From assembly GCF_009914755.1 (NCBI RefSeq), contig NC_060935.1: 64,000 bases of DNA; one strand, 5' to 3'. This DNA is from the human T2T-CHM13v2.0 reference genome, Homo sapiens. This document shows positions 1 to 18,831 of this stretch, in pieces. Under the pieces are notes generated by a model that saw only the letters and a list, made by a program, of their open reading frames with translations, ran no database searches and was not told the DNA's origin. Each line of letters starts with the position of its first letter. The first letter of the stretch is position 1. Made by a program: the position numbers and the translations under genes.

Positions 1-62
1 GCGCCACTGCACTCCAGCCTGGCGACAGAGCGAGACTCCGTCTAAAAAAAAAAAAAAAAAAA
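1..62 (+). mobile_element. 3' end of an Alu with poly(A) tail
   Basis: GCGCCACTGCACTCCAGCCTGGCGACAGAGCGAGACTCCGTCT followed by an A run. Confidence 0.95.
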
Positions 63-584
63 CTAAAGAGAAAAAAGGATTAGAGGCTTCACTCTGGACT
101 TTGTGGGTGATTTAAGGCACAATTCTTAATATTTCAAGGGGATTTTTTTTCTGGTGTGGCTTTCACATTTTTTAGGTGGCGCATATTAAGGAATTGCAAA
201 CTAATTTTTGTGATCTAAAAAGAAAAGTAACACCAAGGTAATTTTTTTGTTATGAAATATATAATATGAACCCTTCCCTCCGTTGTAAATAATTGAAAGA
301 TAACTTGTTATTCTTCCAAAAGTACTTAGAAAGGAGGACTCAACTGGGCTGGAATGTTAACGTGGAAATACATTTTGCTTTATAACATACATAGGCTAGT
401 GTATTAAATGTGAATGTTAAATATTTAATAAAAATTACTGACTATATCTGTTAATTCCCCTGGGGGTCAAAAAAGCTTATGGAAATAAGTAAATTTATCA
501 TCAGGTTTGCCTAGGAAGATCATAGAATCTGATTTTTTTTTCCCTTAACTGTAGACTTTATTTGTATTTCAATAGTTTTTCCAA

Positions 585-1800
585 TAATCTTTCAGTTCCG
601 GGATCCAATCCAGTGTACCACATTGCATTTAGTTTCTATGTCTTCCCAATCTCCTCTGGTCTGGGACAGTTTCCCAGTCTTCCCTCATCTTTCCTGACCT
701 TGACAGTTTTAAGGTATCTAGGTATCTTGTCTGTCTAGGTATCTGTCTTGTCAAAGTATCTGTCTAGGTATCCTGAAGAATTTCCTCAATCTGGATTTGT
801 CTGGTGTTTTTCTCATGCTTAGTTTGGCACTATGGATTTTGAGGAAATACCACAGTGAAGAGATGCCCTAATCACATGTCAGGAGGTATATGATATTCCT
901 GTGACATCTCTGGTGATACAAGCTTTCATCACTTGGTTATAGGTTCCTCTACTGTAAAGTTACTGTTTTTCTCTCCGTGTTCTATTCTATAGAAGCAAAT
1001 AACTAAGCCTATCCCATAAAGGCAAGGTGTGATTACAGTGGGGGGATTCCATCCCCTGTAGGAGGGAATATCTACATAAATAGAATTTTTCTGTGAGAAA
1101 GATTTGTCTCTTCTCCATTTATTTATCCAGTCACTTATTGTATGGACTTGTACATTGATTTCATACTTTCTGTATCAAATACTGTATTATTGCTCAAATT
1201 ATTTCAGCCTTGGCTATTTGGGAGCTCTTTCAGGTTAGCACCTCTGTCCCTTTGACATACCGCCTCCCTTTCTGATACTACAAGATGCTTCAGATTTATA
1301 TTGTATTTTCCCTGTCCCAGCCCTAGAATCAGCCATTTCTCCAAGGAACCTTAGTTCCTTTTATTGGACAATAGAATTGAGAAACTAAGGTCTGGGTGCT
1401 GTTTATGTTCCTTGCTACCAGAATATCACTACTTCTAGGTCCTCTCATTTGACAGGAATATAGATATGTATCAGTATAGATGTGTGTATGTGTATATACA
1501 TGCATACTAAGCCATGTATATACATGCATATATGTATATATAATTATTTCTGTGTCTGTCAGTCTGTGTATATATTAAGCTAAACCTGAGTCCAACTCTA
1601 ACCCAGTACTGTGGGATTTATTCTTGCTGCTTTTCTTGTTTACCTGTAACATCACTCAACCTCCACTGAGAAATCTAGCTCCCATTATCTACCATTCATT
1701 ATGTTTTATCTCTTGTATACATGTAAAGCAGTTTCAAACTCTAACCTGTATCCCCTAAGAAACAAATTTACCACCTAAAATATTGTTTATGTACAGTATA
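585..1800 (-). mobile_element. Ancient L1M (L1MC/L1ME-like) 3' region, degraded
   Basis: Resembles the recalled L1MC/ME 3' UTR (ggatccaatccag...cacattgcatttagtt; gaccttgacagtttt...gaatttcctcaatctggatttgtctg). Called by eye; boundaries approximate. Confidence 0.6.
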
Positions 1801-2126
1801 CTGATTCATTTTTTTTTTAAGGATGAAATGTCTGTGTGTTGGAGATAATATTGACAATTGATTGACTTATACAAGATTGTGCTTTTTTTTTATTGTCCCA
1901 TCTTTCAGGCATTGGCAGTTCTGTTTGGAACTATCTCTTAGAGCTTTGTGTCTGCTTAAAGGTATGCCCATATCCCCAAACACAGAAGATGAGGGAGATA
2001 GTAATTCAGAAATACTCAAATGGAGGCCGTTAATATGAGGAAAACACCAAGAGCCTTGGGTAATCTGTCTTTGAACAGTAGACACTTTATGGGCTTTCAT
2101 GCTATTTTTATTACGTTTCTCTTGTA

Positions 2127-2413
<287 letters not shown>

Positions 2414-3188
2414 TCTCTTATAATTTTTTAAATAAAAAATGTCTTCCTCTTTCTGAAATCACTACTGCAGTCTCACAACTACCCTGGTTGTTAATGATCT
2501 CTTCTCTTGAAATAGTAAATACCTTGAGGAATTCCAGCTTGGTAATAGATTCTAGTTTTGGCTCTTCTTAACTATACATGTAGATTTTACTTTTATTATT
2601 TGTGGTGCCTTTAAAAGAGGAGCAGCTGTGCTTTTGTCAGAGAAACATTTAATCCAGCACATATTGATGAGGATACCAAAATGGGTACCAGTTGTTTTAA
2701 TTCCATCTGGATTTGTGGATAATATTATGATAACTTTTCATCTTGTTCTTAAGAGTGCCATTCTAAATCCTTCATCCCTTTCTTCACCTCTTTCTTCAAA
2801 TTTGCTGGTCTCTCTCCAAGAAAATATGAATAAATTGACTGTTCTCTTGTTTTTAAATCCAATTCCTAGCATCTTTACAGTTAGCTAGATTTGCCATTCA
2901 TAAATGAAGTACAGTACTAGCTGGCCACTAGTGAAGTACTGGCATAATTGAATGTGCTTATAGCATCCTGCCTGATTGAACATCCCTGTGGCACAGGTGT
3001 TCTGCATCTTTAAAAGCCTCTTGTTACCAGGGAGCAGCTTTGACTTTTCACACCGGGTGCACATTTGGTACAAGCAGTGAATGAAGGTGATGCATGAATA
3101 AATATTTGTGTCCAGCCCACACATCTGCTTCTTTCGGTCTCTAGTGAGTTCATCCTGGTTTTTTGTTTTGTTTTGTTTTGTTTTCCAG

Positions 3189-3349
3189 CTGCTGTGACTT
3201 ACTCGAAGCCTCGATTGGCCACATTTTGGTACTACGCCAAGGTTGAGCTGGTTCCTCCCACCCCTGCTGAGATCCCTAGAGCTATTCAGAGCCTGAAAAA
3301 AATAGTCAATAGTGCTCAGACTGGTAGCTTCAAACAGCTCACAGTTAAG
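3189..3349 (+). CDS. ATP5MG: ATP synthase membrane subunit g, exon 2 (161 nt)
   Basis: Acceptor ttttccAG at 3187-3188 and donor AAG|GTAACC at 3350. Encodes (A)[53 protein letters not shown], recognised as human ATP5MG/ATP5L. Exon 1 lies left of the window. Confidence 0.98.
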
Positions 3350-3836
3350 GTAACCACGGGCTAAATGAAAACGGATGTGCATAACAGAAAATGTCTTCCC
3401 TTGGGATTTTTCTGATTGTTTTGATTAATATATATGTTTCCAATGAGGCTGAATCCAGCATAATGAGGAAAAAAATTTTGACTGCTGAGGAAGATACTTA
3501 CTTTTCTAATTTTGTCACCTGGGTAGAAATAATTAGCCCATTTTATGTCTTAGTTTCCTAAGAGTCTTAAACCTAGCAAAAAAGTGACCATTTTTATTGG
3601 GAAATTTTTTTTCCTTTCCTATATTAGATAGTATACTAAAATATGATGGCTTGCTTTGCTGAGTCTGTACTTTTTTCATCTGGAGTCCTGAGATTGTCCC
3701 CAATTCAGCCAAAACATCTCTTGAACTATGTCACAGTCAGGAAGCTAACACTTCTTATATATAAGATAAAAATACCAAACTGGGTTATTGAATTGTGTGA
3801 AGATAAAATCTAAAAACTGTAAGAATTAGAACTTGC

Positions 3837-4125
<289 letters not shown>

Positions 4126-4132
4126 GAAAAAA

Positions 4133-4500
<368 letters not shown>

Positions 4501-5182
4501 CTAGTTTTAGAGCCTACATCCTGGGAAGTGTGGTGGTTTTTCAGAAGACTTCCATAAATTTCTGGTCTAATTTGATGGGGAAAATTCACTTCCAGAAGTG
4601 CTAAAAGGAAAAGGTCCAGTTTTGTTATGGAAAGTTATTTTTTCAACTAGAATTTCAAGATCCATATTATTGCTCCATGTATTAATAACAGTGCTTTCCT
4701 GAGCCATATGTGCATATTTCTCTTTGGGACAACAAAATGTTGATATGAATACCAGATACTTAGTCAGAGTTAAGTCAAATACTGAATGAATAAAAATGAG
4801 GTCTAAAGGGGAAGACAGCACTTCATCTTTCAGCAGATTTTCTTTTGCCAGACAAAAATGTCTATTCAGAGACTCGGCCTTCCTATAGCCATCCTATCTA
4901 AATGCGCCAGCTATATCCAGGATGTGGATTGTTTTAGGGCTCATAAAGTGTCTCATAAACTTATAATGAAAGGGTTAAGTCAGTTCAGGTCTTTAAAGAA
5001 TGCTTTGAAAGAATTTATATAAGCTTTGACTACTTACCTTACAAAATTGAAAGTTCAAGGGTTCTCAGCAGTTGAAGAGAAGTAATGTTAGTAATTCTCA
5101 ACTTTGACTAAAACTGCCTTCTAGTTTGAATAGCATCTTTTATGTTCTTTGTCTCCTTAATTCTGGAAAAGAATAGTTTCAA

Positions 5183-5216
5183 ATATATATATATATATAT
5201 AATTATATATATATAT
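5183..5216. repeat. (TA)n microsatellite just upstream of the exon 3 acceptor
   Basis: atatatatatatatatataattatatatatatata. Confidence 0.9.
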
Positions 5217-5251
5217 AAAAGGTACCTTAAAATGTATGCTTCTTTTTTCAG

Positions 5252-5350
5252 GAAGCTGTGCTGAATGGTTTGGTGGCCACTGAGGTGTTGATGTGGTTTT
5301 ATGTCGGAGAGATTATAGGCAAGCGGGGCATCATTGGCTATGATGTTTGA
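5252..5350 (+). CDS. ATP5MG: ATP synthase membrane subunit g, terminal coding exon 3
   Basis: Acceptor tcttttttcAG|GAA. Encodes EAVLNGLVATEVLMWFYVGEIIGKRGIIGYDV* with TGA at 5348-5350; includes the TM helix with the GxxxG (GEIIG) motif. In phase with exon 2. Confidence 0.98.
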   Translation, partial: EAVLNGLVATEVLMWFYVGEIIGKRGIIGYDV

Positions 5351-5429
5351 AGACCAATCTTTAACATCTGATTATATTTGATTTATTATTTGAGTGTTGT
5401 TGGACCATGTGTGATCAGACTGCTATCTG

Positions 5430-5435
5430 AATAAA
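5430..5435 (+). terminator. ATP5MG: Proximal polyadenylation signal of ATP5MG
   Basis: AATAAA 80 nt after the stop codon, followed by a GT/T-rich stretch (cagtgttttctcc). Confidence 0.8.
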
Positions 5436-6077
5436 ATAAGATTTGTCAAAACTCAGTGTTTTCTCCATCAGATACTCCATGAAAGGTCACAATTTCTCTT
5501 GATATTAAGCTGGGTTGTCTTTAAACAACCCTAAATACACGTCTGTTTAGCCCGCAATTGGAAAGGATATATGTGGCAATATTAACCTGGTACATGAATA
5601 TATGGGGATAACATTTTAATTTGAAGGTTTGGAATATATATATTTAAGCTTTATTTCCAGAACAGTGAGGGTTAGGTCTTGGGAAAACTATAACTTGCCA
5701 AAGTAGAAGAAATAGTAGTACCATATGCCAAAGTGATAGAGATGAATCATGTCAGTAGTTAGAATAACATTTCAACTGTTTTCTTTGCTAAAATCACAGA
5801 AAGACCCTATTGACAACATCTATGTCTGTAAAAATGTTAGAGTACTTGTCATCTTGAATATAGCCTCCCCAAGAGAGAACAGGGTGGTATTCTAAGTATG
5901 TTTCTTTGTAACATCTTTAGCAGTAGGACAGAGCCATACATGTGAAATCTGATTTTTATGTGTGTTATTCGTTTGTCTGGTTTTACTACCTTTGCAAAAA
6001 CAAAATACCCCAAAGATATTTAAACAAGGTTATAATTTAGCATCTTCCCTGGATCTAAATAGTATATTATATCCTGA

Positions 6078-6083
6078 AATAAA
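6078..6083 (+). terminator. ATP5MG: Distal polyadenylation signal (long ATP5MG 3' UTR ending near 6100)
   Basis: AATAAA followed by the GT-rich tctgtcttctg. Confidence 0.65.
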
Positions 6084-7182
6084 TGAAATGATTGCTATAG
6101 TCTGTCTTCTGGAGCGATTTTATTGGGTATATAGGAGAGATTGATCATTCCTTAGCTTTTCCCCGGGATCTTAGAATCCTTAATTGACTCATTGGTACTT
6201 TCCTAAATCCACTGTTATTCTTGCAGCCACAGCAAAACATGCAATACCAACTGATGATAACCAAAAGGTGGTTGCATATTTATTACAAAAGCATTATGGC
6301 TCACAATACAGTATTAATCCTTTAATAGTGTTGAACCTTTATCCGGTCAATCCCAAATTTACCCACTGCATTTAGAACACTGCTATTTTAGCCTAATAAA
6401 CGTCACAGCTTATCTAAGTGATAGGCAAGAAAGTCTCCATAGAGACTGCCACGCTGCTAAAATGTGAAGTAATGCCTAACTTACTCCTGCAATAAACAGG
6501 TGGTCAAAACTGAAATGACCTCTTTTCAAAAAGTACTCAAAAAGACTGATATGAGAAAGGCAATCAGTTTCTTTTTCATACAGTGCATGATTATTCAAAT
6601 TAACCAGAAAAAAACAAGGTAGGAGATCAGCTAGTACTAGTTAAAACCTACAGACACCTAGTTGATTAATGATATGTAATGTGATTGTTTTTAACGCCAC
6701 GGTCACACCAGAAGGTCCTCAAAATAAACATTTACTACTCACTTCACTGCAACTTCCTCCTGCTTTGCCATACACAACACCTCTGGTCTCCCCTGTGGCT
6801 AATAGTGCATGTACGGAATTTTCTTAGGTTAAAATAGCAGTGAGCTCCTTGAAGTGGCCACTTGACTTCACCAGGCTTGTTTCTCTTTTTTTTTTTTTTT
6901 TTTTTTTGTCCTCATCAACCCCAAATATCTTCTAACAGAACTGTTGAGGCTTTCACTGAATGTGTGCTGCCAAGTGTTTGGCATTGGCAAACTCGGTGTT
7001 TATTGTGCACCTCCTAAGTTCTAGGCACAATTAAAATGGCAGAAACATTCATGAACAAGACTGTTACCTGTTTCACAGAGTTTGATCTGGTAAGACAGGT
7101 AATTAGGCATGCAATTACTGTAATAAGATGTGAGAAGTACTATAATGAGGGAAGGGGAAGGTATACTTGAAAGGCTAACCCA

Positions 7183-7525
<343 letters not shown>

Positions 7526-8132
7526 TCAGAGAAAATAGTAGCTATATAAACAAGGAAAGTACATTAGCCAAGAAGAATGGAGCAAGGTATGCTGGCCAAG
7601 TGAAACAACCTGTGCAAAAGCTACTGTCAGAAAAAGTGTAGTACATTGAGGGTCTGAGAGTGTAAGTGTGGCCAAATTGCCAGGCAGAGGAGAGCACTGA
7701 GAGGTAAAGCCAGAGATGGTGGGGACCAGATTGTATTTTATGCCTGTTAAGGCTTGGACTTCTTTAAGGACATTGAATGGAAAGCCATTGAAAGATTTTG
7801 ACAAGGCACAGTCCTGCCCTGAAGTAACTTGGGTAGTCTAACATCAGCAGGTAATTTCAATTCCATGTAACAAAAGCCAGAATAGAAACCTGCAAACTTG
7901 CATAGGGTTCATATAACAGTGCATGTGGTCCTACAATTTTCTCAGTATGTAAAAGTAGAAGTACTCATTTAGTAGTAGGCATCACAAGGAGAGAGAACAT
8001 AATGGTTAAGTCAAAGCCAGTTATGCAAATATTTGTCACTGTGGTCCAAAGGTTTATTCCTAAGGAAACTGCTATCTATATATAAGTAAATGAGGCTTTT
8101 TGTTGAGGCTTTCATCATTTCAAAACTAATGT

Positions 8133-9072
<940 letters not shown>

Positions 9073-9179
9073 TCATCCTTTGTTTTATACATCTCAGCAT
9101 TGTTCTTAGATTAACAGTTTCTCCTCTTTTCCATTCATCTCTTACATACCTAAGTATTCTACCCTGATTTCTAAGGATA

Positions 9180-9430
9180 GCTCAATACTTTCTTTTTAAA
9201 TATTTCATATTTGTATAACACTTTACCTTTTCAAAGCACTTGCACCAACTATCTCATTTAGCCCTCAACTTTCCTCTGAAGCACGTGCCATAAATGATAT
9301 ACCATTTAACAAGAGAGGAACTGAGCAGAAAACATAAAACAATTTGGCTAGGATCCCAAGAGCAATAAGTGGTGGCAGCATAAGCTGGGCCCAGGTCATG
9401 ATCCTGTGTTGTAGTCTGTGCCCTGACTCT
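9180..9430 (-). mobile_element. MIR-like fragment(s)
   Basis: MIR-core-like ...ccatttaacaagagaggaactgag...ctaggatccca...taagtggtggcag. Confidence 0.55.
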
Positions 9431-9939
9431 ACCTGTGACCAGCTTGTGGATCCTGCTTTGTATTTCCACAGTTCCATTCTGTATTATATATTCTTGGTCC
9501 TGCTTTGCCCTACTATTAAGTTATTTAAGATTTCTTGTCTCATTAGATATCAACCTCCCTAATCTTATGTAAAGTGATAGGTAGTTTAGTAGGACTTACT
9601 ATTTCCTAATTAGTGTGGTTTTTGTTTCTACTAGGACATAAGATTGTGATCACCCTTGTGATGAATTCAGTAACAGTTCCACCAGAGGTAATCCCTTAGC
9701 AGGGAACTTACACTAGACCTGTTTACCAAACAAAAGGCCCTGATATAATAAAATACTAACATGCAAAGCCCTTGGCAATCTCCCTTCTGCCTCATCTTAA
9801 TCTCACTTAGCTGCCAACCATTGTTTCAGCCACCATTTCTAACCAATCCCCATAAAACCTAGCTTTAAATATCATGTTATTAGAGTGTGTATCCACTGTC
9901 CCTGATTGTTGCAATTTTCCACTAATCAGTTCATTCCCC

Positions 9940-10232
9940 TTTCTTTCTTTTTGTCTTTTGAGACAGGGTCTCGCTCTGTCGCCTGGGCTGGAGTATAGTG
10001 GCATGATCACAGCTTACTGCAGTCTCAACCTCCCAGGCTCAATCAAGATCCTCCCATCTCAGCTTCCCAAATAGCTGGAACTACAGGCGCATGCCACCAC
10101 ACACGGCTATTTTTTTGTAGAGACAGGGTAGCCACATTGCCCAAGCTGGTCTCAAACTCCTAGGCTGAAAGAATCCCCCACCTTGGCCTCCCAAAGTGCT
10201 GGGATTACAAGCGTGAGCCACCGCAGCTGGTC
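9940..10232 (-). mobile_element. AluJ-like
   Basis: Antisense diverged Alu. Confidence 0.9.
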
Positions 10233-10333
10233 CCCTTTATTTCTTGCCAATTTTGTGTCCTGGCTCACTGTCACTTTATAACACTACTTCTATCTTAATT
10301 CTTGACAATTGCAATTTCAACATACACATGGGT

Positions 10334-10660
10334 CAGTAGTTTCCAAAGTACAGTCCCTGGACCACAGCAGCATCAGCATCACCAGGGAATTTAGAAATGA
10401 AAATTACCAGGCTCTACCCCAGAAACTAGGAGTGAGATCTTGCAATCTGTATTTTTTTTGTTGTGTTGTTTTGCATTTTTTTAGAGATGGTCTCACTGTG
10501 TTACCTGGACTGGTCTCAAACTCCTGAGCTCAAGCAATCTTCTTCCCTCAGCCTCCCAAGTAGCTAGGACTACAGGCATACGTCATTGCACCTAGCACAA
10601 TCTGTGTTTTAATTATCTTTCCATATATAAGTCTAATGCATGCTAAAGTTTGAGAACTAT
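10334..10660 (+). mobile_element. MER5A-like hAT-Charlie DNA transposon interrupted by a FLAM/Alu monomer (~10455-10597, minus strand)
   Basis: cagtagtttccaaagt...gaccacagcagcatcagcatcacc...gctaaagtttgagaact; caatctgt flanks the inserted monomer. Confidence 0.75.
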
Positions 10661-10669
10661 TAACATAAA

Positions 10670-11990
<1,321 letters not shown>

Positions 11991-12911
11991 CTGTGTTTTT
12001 GGGTTTGTTGAAAACAGTGAAACAGCAGACTCATCCTACTGTGTTTGGTACTGGGTTGATAAACAGCAGAGTTTAGTGGCAATTTGCCACAGAGGGAGAT
12101 GCAGGCCTGGAGGACTTACTTCCTGAAGGCCTGCAGGCTGAGACTGCTACAGAGCTGATGCCAGCTGAGTCACTCTTGCATCTCAACCTCCAACTCTGAA
12201 ACAGAGATGTGGATCTCTGATTAGCCTTCTCTACTGTGCTAGCTAATGCAAAGCTACCTTTGCATATGTAAGGTCTAGCAGGGGAGAACCAGGAGGTAGG
12301 CAGCAGAAGATCCTTTATAAAAGACCAAGCCTGAAATCTGAAAATCCCTGAAATTCCTTAGAAATTGATCATCTTAACTCTTTCTTTGCCAAGCCCGCAT
12401 TTCCTGATTTATATCCTTGTTACAGCTGAAAGAAGCTCATCATGTAAAGGTTTATAGCACCACCATTTTCCTCAGAGGATTTTACATATGCAACCTATGG
12501 ATGGATTTTTATAAGAACTATACCTTGGACTTCTTGCATGAAGTTAGGAAGGTTATCTTCAGAGGCTCCAAGTTTTAATGCATTCCAGTGTTGTCAAATC
12601 CAAAAGCAATTAAATACTGTTGTGTGGTTTTGAATTATAGCCTGCTTGTTAAAATAGCTACTGTTTCCCCTAAGGACAGCCTGCATTTTTACCTGATGTC
12701 ATCTGACTCTGGGTCTCAAGAGAGTGGGGAACCTAATAGAACAACTGAATAAATGTAGTTCTAAGACAGTGAATTATAAGGTGATGGTGGAAGAGTGGTT
12801 ACCAATTTTAGTGACCTCCAGGTAGAACAATGGAAAGGAAGTCATGTAAGCCCCAGATTGGGGAAAAAATGAAAGTAATAATGACCAAGTAAACATTAAG
12901 TCAGGGGTGAT

Positions 12912-13701
12912 GTGGAAGACAGTGTGGCGATTCCTCAAAGACCTAGAACCAGAAATACCATTGGAACCAGCAGTCCTAGTACTGGGTATATACCCAAAGG
13001 AATATAAATCATTCTATTCTATTCTATTCTATAGAATATGAATCATTCTAACATAAATCATTCTGTTATATCATTATAAATTATATAAATCATTCTATTA
13101 TACAATGATGTGTGCTACAAGAAGCATCAACAGGAGGGTAAAGGGAAGCAGTTTGGGAGAATCAGAAAAAAACTTCTCCAAAAAGGTGATTAAGTTGTTT
13201 TGAAAGTGGATGTACTAGGTACATATAAAGATACATACATATTGCAGCACTATTCACAATAGCAAAGACATGGAATCAACCCAAATGCCCATCAGTGATA
13301 GACTGGATAAAGAAAATGTGGTACATATACACCATGGAATACTATGCAGCCATAAAAAAGAATGAGATCATGTCCTTTGCAGGGTTGGGGATGGAGCTGG
13401 AAGCCATTATCCTCAGCAAACTAACACAGGAACAGAAAATCAAACACCACATGTTCTCACTTACAAGTGAGGGTGAACAATGTCAACACATGGACACAAG
13501 GAGGGGAACAACACCCAATGGAGCCTGTCAAGGGGAGGGCAGAGGGAGGGAGAACATCAGGAAATACAACTAATGCATGCTGGGCTTATTACCTAGGTGA
13601 TGGGTTGATAGGTGCAGCAAACCACCATGGCACACGTTCACCTATGTAACAAACCTGCACATCCTGCACATGTACCCTGGAACGTAAAATGAAATTTTAA
13701 A
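12912..13701 (+). mobile_element. 5'-truncated primate L1 (L1PA mid-age type): ORF2 C-terminus plus 3' UTR, with an internal non-L1 insertion
   Basis: ORF 13295-13573 translates as WIKKMWYIYTMEYYAAIKKNE (L1 ORF2p C-terminus). TSD AAGTCAGGGGTGAT at 12898-12911 and 13702-13715. Confidence 0.95.
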
Positions 13702-15599
13702 AAGTCAGGGGTGATATTTTGCTCATTATAGCTTTACCTTAAACCCCTGTATAGTTTCATCTGCCTTTAGAATATGCTGGCAGAAATATACTTTATTATC
13801 TGATACCCAAGTTACTACTGCAACAGGGAAACTAATTTCTACCTCACCCTAGGCTCCAAATTTCACCCCCACTGCACTGAGGGTAAACACTGAAGCCAAA
13901 TGGGCCTTGATTTGGGACCTTTGTGTTCCTTTGCTCTCCCATCACCATCTGACCCCACCGCACGCCTCATATCCACCCATCCCAGAAGGAAGCTGCCTCT
14001 AAGGACTAAGTAGTAAATCTCTCAAAGTTATTTGTGGAAAGTCCTAAGGACACAAATCAGCAACAAAATCCGTTGGGTTTTTTCCCACCTCTCTTAAAAC
14101 AATCTATAGTTGCATATTTTCCTTATTTGTTCATCTCAACTTCAGCAAAAGCCTTACAGGTTAGTCCAACCCACTCACCTAAGAAAATTTGAAACAAAAT
14201 GTTACTCTCCTCACTTTTCAGTACAAAATGAAATGAAGTGGAACCATTTGCCTGAGGTGAATGAGTCAGGGGTAGGGGACTGGAATGCAGGACTTGATTC
14301 CTCGGTGTCCTAACTCTAACCACATTCCCTCTATTCTGCGATATTTAAGTTGTTTATTGTACTGTGAGGAGCAGGAATAGGTAAGGGAGATGGTTGACTT
14401 TTTATGTTTTTATTCAGAAACTTGCATCTGAACTCTAACCCGCATGTAAGACACTCCATTTTAACTTTAGCAGGAGTAAGTGAAGATTCGTAACATATAA
14501 TTTGCCTTGGAGACAGTGACTTTTCCTGGGCCTTAAGCAAGACTATTGGCTATATATTGACAGAGAGAGCTCTTACTAAAGAAGAGAATAAGGCAAATAG
14601 GTGTTAATACCTAATCCTAAACATTTTAAAAAGTGATCATTTAACTCCCTAATCTCTACCCATAATGTTTACAAATAAGTTCTCAGTTTTTAAACTCGAC
14701 ACCAGGAGCTTATATAGCTTTTCATATGAGAGACATTAAGAAATGTAGCTTTTAATTCAGGCTTACCTTTTTGCATCAGAGAGTATGAGGCCTTGAACAA
14801 TGATGGCCATGTTCTCTTGGTTTTATCTGTTTTTACTGTAACTATTAGCAAAATATATACTGTTTTTTTTAAATCTAGGAATAAACAAATAAACACAATG
14901 AATGCATTATAATGTATATTCAAAAACATATCAAAACAGGCTTACCCAACTAGCCTTGAAAAAGATAACCTTTGGGAAATCTTCCAGGCCAGTCATGACT
15001 GCTGGAAAGAAAATAAGCAAATACTTACTAAAGGGCTTTCTCCAAGCGACATATTTCTCTTAGAATTTCCAGTCTTTGGATACTGACACCTTCACCTTCA
15101 TCTCAGATGACGTAGAAATTCAGCTCGGAATTCAGAAATGGATAGCTTCCAGTTCCTCTGAGAATACTCCTCAATCAACAAGTTGTCTACCTAGCTGAGG
15201 CACAGCTTCCTGGAATTAAGACTGCATAACCTAGGTTATAATTAACTCAGACTTCCTCCTCCTCTTGTACTTTGGCCATGACCTTAATCCTCACCTAGAT
15301 TTCCGTCCCATCTATGGATACAAATTTGTTCTAAATTAGATCAACTGAACTCTATTCCTTTTAGCCTAAGATAAGTTGGCACTGGTGGCCGAAAGGAATC
15401 CTAAACCAATTTTAGACCATATAGTTAGACTTTAAGCATGACTCAAAAAAAGCTAGACATCTCAGTGGAGAGATAATATTGCTCAGTTTTATCCATTTTC
15501 CCTCATTAAAAAAAAAAAAAACTTGGGAGGACTTTGAGAATGGTCAGTAGGATTAGAATAACGAGAGCAATTGAAGCTGTGGGAAGACTAATAGTTGAT

Positions 15600-16470
<871 letters not shown>

Positions 16471-16815
16471 AAAAACAGTAATACTAGGCTTAGTGAATTT
16501 TTTCAAAGTAATTTGGAGGCAAACAAAATGTTTACAATTCTGGGAGCTGCAGCATTGATAATACACAGAAATAAAAGGAATGATAAAATGGGAGGGACTT
16601 TGGAATTTAGCTGCTTTCAACTGCATGGATTTAAAGTTAGATTTAAGTGATGATCAGTAGGTCCATTGCTGCTTACCTAAAGAGCTCAAAGCCCTATCCT
16701 ATATGATCTTGTTGGTTCTCACAACTTTACAAGAGATATGGGTCAGAGAGTAGAATCAAGAATTTTGCTGGTATGAAAGTTGAGATTTAAAGAAGCTGTT
16801 ACGTAACTTCACTGA

Positions 16816-17252
<437 letters not shown>

Positions 17253-17903
17253 TGATTACACCCTCTTTCTGCTGTCCCTTCCCTTCTTTCTCCTATCCCA
17301 GAGGAAAACAGGACATTCTTTCCAAAACTGTCTTTCTATGTTTGCTCTTGATTCTCTTCCATTTCACTCTTCAGTGGTCTCTCCCTATTTATTCCTCATT
17401 TTCATTTGTCCATTTATTTATTTGTTCAGCAAACATTTATTATATTCTTGTTATGCATCAGATTGTGCTTCTGAAATTTTAAAAGACATGTTTCCTACCT
17501 TCGAGGGGCTCACAGTCTAGTGGAAGAGGTAGTAAAACAACTACAAATCATTCAACTGTGATACTGTGATACAGTATTTAAAGAGCAACGATAAAAGTCT
17601 ACACATGATGCTCTGGTTGTGCATGTAGCAGAGCTGGGTCTGGAGCTTAACCAAGAGGACAAGAGGGGAAAGGCATTTAAACAAAGGAAACATGCACCAA
17701 AACATGATCACACAAGAGAATTCAAATAAAATTAGTTCACTAAGGAAAGAACACAAATAATAGATGTGTTTTGAAGACAAGGGGTAAGGGAGAGTTACAC
17801 CAGATAATAAAGAATCTCGAAGGTGATAAGGAATTATTAAAATATATTAAGGATGGAAGTAATATGGTCAGATTTGCATTTTAGGAAATTCAATCACATA
17901 TCA

Positions 17904-18222
<319 letters not shown>

Positions 18223-18236
18223 AAGACTGGGAACTA

Positions 18237-18831
<595 letters not shown>

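Noticed and set aside
2885-3382. 165-aa ORF antisense to ATP5MG exon 2
   Set aside because: No recognisable homology, runs through a (GTTTT)n tract, and has no supporting promoter or splice signals.
12086-12102. CTCF-like TTGCCACAGAGGGAGA
   Set aside because: Only the CAGAGGG core fits; the 5' CC spacing and 3' GGC deviate from the consensus.
13295-13573. 92-aa ORF
   Set aside because: It is the C-terminal remnant of L1 ORF2p in a truncated element.
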